From an uncultured Verrucomicrobiae bacterium (GTDB taxonomy: Bacteria; Verrucomicrobiota; Verrucomicrobiia; Chthoniobacterales; JAFAMB01): a stretch of 64,000 nucleotides of DNA. Shown in pieces: positions 60,050 through 64,000 of this stretch. Under the pieces are notes generated by a model. It was not told the DNA's origin and made no database searches. It saw only the letters and a program-made list of their open reading frames with translations. The translations under genes were made by a program, and so were the position numbers. Location of the stretch: assembly GCA_963837955.1 (NCBI GenBank), contig CAWIPH010000002.1:416001-480000 (forward strand), written 5' to 3'. How positions within the stretch are numbered: the stretch's first letter is position 1; each line of letters begins with the position of its first letter.

Positions 60050-60273
60050 GAGGCCAACAAGAGGCCGCAGAGACAGAATTTTTGAACAGGAGATCGCAGA
60101 GATCTCAAAGGATGCCGAGAGAGAGCCGGCTCGGGTTCACGCGACCGCCATTAGCTTGAGTACAGGAGGCCGCGAAGACAGAATCTTTGAACAGGAGATC
60201 GCAGAGATCTCAGAGGATGTCGAGAGGGCCGGCTCAGGTTGCGCGGCTGCCGCCACTGCGAACTGCTCTACGG

Positions 60274-60711
60274 TCAGCAAGTTTCCGGGCTTTCACCTGT
60301 TTTTAGTATCAACCGGGTGATTCCGTCTTTGAGGATTGGTTCATGAAAATTGATAAGGAGACCGACGGGCACGCTTAGCAATTTCATGTAGCTCAACAAT
60401 TGCGCTTTGTGGATAGCGAGGATTCTTTCAACCGACTTGAGTTCCACAAGGACGCGATTCTCCACCAGCAAATCAAGTTTGAGAGGCTCCCGAAAAACAA
60501 GCCCCTTGTATTCGATGTCAACCTCCATCTGACGGACTGCGCTCAACTCGCGTAGATCGAGCTCTCTTTCCATGCATCTTTGATAAATAGTCTCGATCAA
60601 CCCTGCCCCTTTTAATCGATGTACTTCGATCGCACCTCCAATGATCTGATGCGATAGTTGGTCTAGTGCTTCAATTCTTTCATGGTGATCTGGCCCTAGA
60701 TTATAGAACAT
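60274..60711 (-). CDS. GxxExxY family protein (PD-(D/E)XK-like)
   Basis: IIGGAIEVHR..GAGLIETIY, DLLVE..V.VELKS, QLLSYMK, GLLINF. Confidence 0.92.
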   Translation of the reverse strand: MFYNLGPDHHERIEALDQLSHQIIGGAIEVHRLKGAGLIETIYQRCMERELDLRELSAVRQMEVDIEYKGLVFREPLKLDLLVENRVLVELKSVERILAIHKAQLLSYMKLLSVPVGLLINFHEPILKDGITRLILKTGESPETC

Positions 60712-60988
60712 AATTATAGATTGTTTTATAAATGTCCAGCGTTTTGATCCTAAACCATCGTCCCAGCTCTAGACTCCAGTGTGATTCCCGGCTTTGTTTA
60801 GGAAGAATTTTTCCTTTGAGATCTCAGCGATCTCCTGTTCAAAAATTCTGTCTCTGCGGCCTCTTGTTGTTGGCCTCTCAGCGTGGGCCAATCGCCGCTG
60901 GTACCAAGACGCCATCCCGCATATCATGCAGGATTTCGCGCCTTATCACCTCGTACTACTTTATTGTAGAAGCACAGGAGCAATTGCC

Positions 60989-61375
60989 ATAATTAAAGCC
61001 GACCTCTCCGACGTCTACCGAGACTACATTGCCTGCCTTAATAAGCAGGACTGGCCGAAGCTGAAACAGTTCGTTCATGATGAAGTGTACTACAACGGTC
61101 AGCGGATCGGGATATTAGGTTATCGCGAGATGCTGGAGAAAGACTTTCATGAAATTCCGGACCTTTATTTCGACATTCAGCTGCTGCTTTCGGATCCGCC
61201 TTATATAGCGAGCCGGCTAGAATTCGACTGTACGCCAAAGGGAAAGTTCCTTGGACTCCATGTAAACGGGAAGAGAGTTTCCTTTACCGAGAATGTATTC
61301 TATGAATTTCGGAGAGAGAAGATTTGGCAAGTATGGTCGGTTATAGATAAGGCAGCTATCGAAGCTCAGCTTTAG
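60989..61375 (+). CDS. SnoaL-like ester cyclase family protein; ATA at the expected start position
   Basis: YIACLN.QDW, IPDL.F, FLG..VNGK.VSF.E.VFY.F...KI..VWSVID. AGGAG lies 8 nt before ATA 60989. Confidence 0.75.
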   Translation: MIKADLSDVYRDYIACLNKQDWPKLKQFVHDEVYYNGQRIGILGYREMLEKDFHEIPDLYFDIQLLLSDPPYIASRLEFDCTPKGKFLGLHVNGKRVSFTENVFYEFRREKIWQVWSVIDKAAIEAQL

Positions 61376-62067
61376 CGCGAAAAATTATCCCGTATCTCGT
61401 CTCCAAGCGCGATTGCTCACCGGTAAATTGTTACGGACGGACGTTGGAATCACATTAAGTGTTAGCGGCGAACCGAAGAGGTCTCCTCAGGGCTCAAAGC
61501 GGTCTATCACCCTGCTGGATTAAATGGGTCCTGAGCCTAGACTCCGGTTCGATTCCCGGCTTTGTTCAAGAAGAATTTCCCTTTGAGATCTCTGCGATCT
61601 CCTGTTCAAAAAATCTGTCTCCGCGACCTCTTGTTGTTGGCCTCTCAGCCTTGGCCGATCGCCGGTACCAAGACGCCGTCCCGCATACCATGCGGAATTT
61701 TCGCGCCTCATCATCGTCCAGCGTTTTGATCCTAAAGCATCGTCCTCGCCCTAGGCTCCGGTTCCATTCCCGGCTTTCTATAGGAAGAATTTTCCCTTTG
61801 AGATCTCTGCGATCTCCTGTTCAAAAATTCTGTCTTTGCGGCCTCTTGTTGTTGGCCTCTCAGCTTGGGCCGGTCGCCGCTGGTACCAGGACGTCATCCC
61901 GCATACCATGCAGGATTTTCGTTTAATAATTTTCCAGCGTTTTGATTCTAGAGCACCGTCCCCGCTCTAGACTCCGGTTTGATTCCGGGCTTTCTATAGG
62001 AAGAACCTTCCCTTTGAGACCTCTGTGATCTCCTGTTCAAAAATCCTGTCTTCGCGGCCTTCTGTGC

Positions 62068-63102
62068 TCAAACAATCTCTATCTCGCGTTGCTGCTCAAC
62101 CGAATCTGCCACCGCCTGCACTACTTTCATATATTGCAGCCCTTCATTGAACCCTGGTTGAGGGGAGATTCCACTTGGGGATCGGACTGCTGCGATGAAA
62201 TCCGCTTCTACGTTCCAGCTCTGCTCCAACCGGGGCGGCGTTGGCAGATGAGCCGGTGCCTTATCGCCGGTCTGAGCTCCGGAGATTTGGTCCGTCGAGA
62301 AATCGTATTCCAACACTCCCTGGTTACCATAGACCTCCAGTCGATCAGGTTCTGCGAAGGGAGCGATTCCACTGAACTCCAGTACACCCTCCAAGCCGCT
62401 GGCAAACGTGCAGAGAACTGTCACCATGTCAGGAATACGAATTTCGTAGCCGTGCCTGACCGGAGTTATCGTTTTATGGTGCGCAACCAAACGCGCAATC
62501 GGACCGAACCACCGGATCAGCACCTCTGCGTATATACCCAGCGTTAGCACGTTGAACCCCGAATACTCGTCGCGCTGGCGCCAATGTGGCGGCGCCTCAG
62601 GGTCGATATAGACACTTGAAAGGCTTTGCAGGCGAAGCTGATGCGGCCGGCCGATATATTCGTCGGCAATCAGTTTTTGCATGAAACGACTGCCCCGCAG
62701 GCCGTGGGGCGCGGGACAAAGCATGGTGACGAGGTGCGGATGTCGTTGGACCGCGGCGACCATCTCGTCCGCCTCGGCCAGGGTCATCGCCATTCGAGCC
62801 TGGCAAAAGACATGCTTTCCCGACTCCAGCGCGGAAATGGCGACCGTGGAATGGAGATACGGGGGCGTGCCGATCCAAATAACATTGATGTCCGGCTCGG
62901 CTACGAGTTCGGCCCAGTTGCCGAATGGTTTTGCATCGGGAACAAACTCGGAACAGAATTTTTCGGAACTTTCGTAAGAGGAGTTGCAGACGGCAACGAT
63001 CCGGACATCCTCCATCTTTTTGAGAGCCGGCAAGTGGCGTTCCTTGACGATATTCCCGGCGCCGATGAGACCTATATTCAATTTAGCGCGACGCATTGGC
63101 AT
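62068..63102 (-). CDS. Gfo/Idh/MocA family oxidoreductase
   Basis: IGLIGAGNI, IGTPPYLH, GKHVFCQ. Confidence 0.9.
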   Translation of the reverse strand: MPMRRAKLNIGLIGAGNIVKERHLPALKKMEDVRIVAVCNSSYESSEKFCSEFVPDAKPFGNWAELVAEPDINVIWIGTPPYLHSTVAISALESGKHVFCQARMAMTLAEADEMVAAVQRHPHLVTMLCPAPHGLRGSRFMQKLIADEYIGRPHQLRLQSLSSVYIDPEAPPHWRQRDEYSGFNVLTLGIYAEVLIRWFGPIARLVAHHKTITPVRHGYEIRIPDMVTVLCTFASGLEGVLEFSGIAPFAEPDRLEVYGNQGVLEYDFSTDQISGAQTGDKAPAHLPTPPRLEQSWNVEADFIAAVRSPSGISPQPGFNEGLQYMKVVQAVADSVEQQREIEIV

Positions 63103-63199
63103 GGAATGCTTTGTCTGACAAAAGAAAGGGCAGATTGTTTGACGGGATCGACAGATTTATATTGCAGGGAACCACAATATAACAGTTTCGCTCCCGGCG

Positions 63200-64000
63200 C
63201 TAAACCAAGGCGGGCGAAATGATGCGCTCTACCGGCGGCTGGCAGATGCGCTCAATGCAGCGCTCCCAAGTTTCGTTTCCGCTGAGGATCTCGATTTCTA
63301 CCCGAAGATAATAGATCGGGAGCGGTAGCGGATCGATGACCGGAAGGCGAACCGCATCTTTTTCGGTAGTAATGACGGCGCTAACATCGCGCCGAATGCA
63401 ACGCTGGAGAAACGCGCTGACCTCAGGTACTCCGTAGCGATGATGATCCGCAAATTTCCGGGAAAGCTCAAGATTTGCCCCAAGGCGACGCAATCCACCC
63501 TCAAAGCTTTCTGGTGCGGCAATTCCGCAAAGTGAGCCAATATAGAGACCCTTCAGGTAATCCAGCGGAAGTTTCTCCTCTTTGTAAACATGACGAAGGT
63601 AGAGCGGCTTGTGTGCGCACTCGATAATTTCCGCCGTTCGATTGTACTTCCGGATCCGGCTGATGAGCGACGTATTCGACTCGCCATTGCATTTGGTGAT
63701 AAAAATGTAATTCGCGCGTCGAAGATTCATCGGCGGTTCCCGCAGTGTACCGCGGGGGAGAAGGTGCTCATTTCCGAAGGGAGCTTGGCGATCGACCAAT
63801 ACAATATCGATGCGGTGCTTCAGATGGAGATATTGCAATCCGTCATCGAGTAAGAGAGTATCTGCTTTCAGCTCTCGGATTGCATGTAATCCGCCCTTTA
63901 CCCGGTCCTTGTCGACAACCACCGCCACTCCCCGCAGATTGGAGGCCAGCATGTAGGGCTCATCCCCCGAGGTTGCCGAATCCAGAAGAATTCTTCTACC
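63200..64000 (-). CDS. lpxK: Tetraacyldisaccharide 4'-kinase, C-terminal part (5' end outside the window)
   Basis: GDEPYMLA, LDDGLQ, LLPRGTLRE, GIA.P..F, DHH.Y, TTEKDAV. Confidence 0.94.
   Translation of the reverse strand, partial: GRRILLDSATSGDEPYMLASNLRGVAVVVDKDRVKGGLHAIRELKADTLLLDDGLQYLHLKHRIDIVLVDRQAPFGNEHLLPRGTLREPPMNLRRANYIFITKCNGESNTSLISRIRKYNRTAEIIECAHKPLYLRHVYKEEKLPLDYLKGLYIGSLCGIAAPESFEGGLRRLGANLELSRKFADHHRYGVPEVSAFLQRCIRRDVSAVITTEKDAVRLPVIDPLPLPIYYLRVEIEILSGNETWERCIERICQPPVERIISPALV

Larger units (their letters stand above)
59991..62070. repeat. Composite direct/inverted repeat array with a ~39-bp core (ACAGAATTTTTGAACAGGAGATCGCAGAGATCTCAAAGG) x6
   Basis: Core on + at ~60073 and ~60178, and on - at ~60813, ~61581, ~61795, ~62011. 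Left units ~110 bp, right units ~216 bp. Confidence 0.92.

Noticed and set aside
59991..61920. Diversity-generating retroelement (TR/VR pair)
   Set aside because: Differences between the gene end and its copies are not confined to adenines, and there is no reverse transcriptase in the window.
61459..61926. 155-aa ORF, plus ORFs 59943-60320 and 60732-60992
   Set aside because: They are translations of the repeat units with no recognisable domain.
60734..62060. Integron attC cassettes
   Set aside because: I found no RYYYAAC...GTTRRRY-bounded hairpins at cargo gene ends and no intI.
59991..62070. CRISPR array
   Set aside because: The sequences between cores are themselves repeated, units are 110-216 bp in both orientations, and no cas genes are present.

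Overview
A 64-kb window of bacterial chromosome, mostly housekeeping. Gene content and repeat style suggest Verrucomicrobiota (inference, not tested). It contains a partial DinG/YoaA helicase, lptF/G, tilS, a glgX-treZ-treY trehalose cluster with a divergent eukaryote-type UGPase, parB, metG, nuoD-N (no nuoABC) divergent from a type II NADH dehydrogenase, metH, lysA, folD, gnd, a beta-barrel/Wzc/Wza export trio, ruvA and a partial lpxK. I saw no rRNA, tRNA, CRISPR, integrase or transposase. The most unusual locus is 59991-62070. It is a repeat array with six copies of a ~39-bp core that encloses a GxxExxY gene and a SnoaL-like gene. It also carries three inverted, still in-frame copies of the last ~20 codons of the neighbouring ATP-grasp-like gene, plus a reciprocal copy of the sequence starting at the opposite flanking gene's stop codon. 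Other notable items are a candidate sigma54-dependent ~100-nt sRNA with terminator and upstream activator-like boxes (45731-46005), a perfect Rex/CRP-type palindrome between nuoD and ndh, a SahR-like palindrome before metH, and several families of REP/REPIN-like palindromic elements. All product calls come from reading motifs by eye; no database searches were run.
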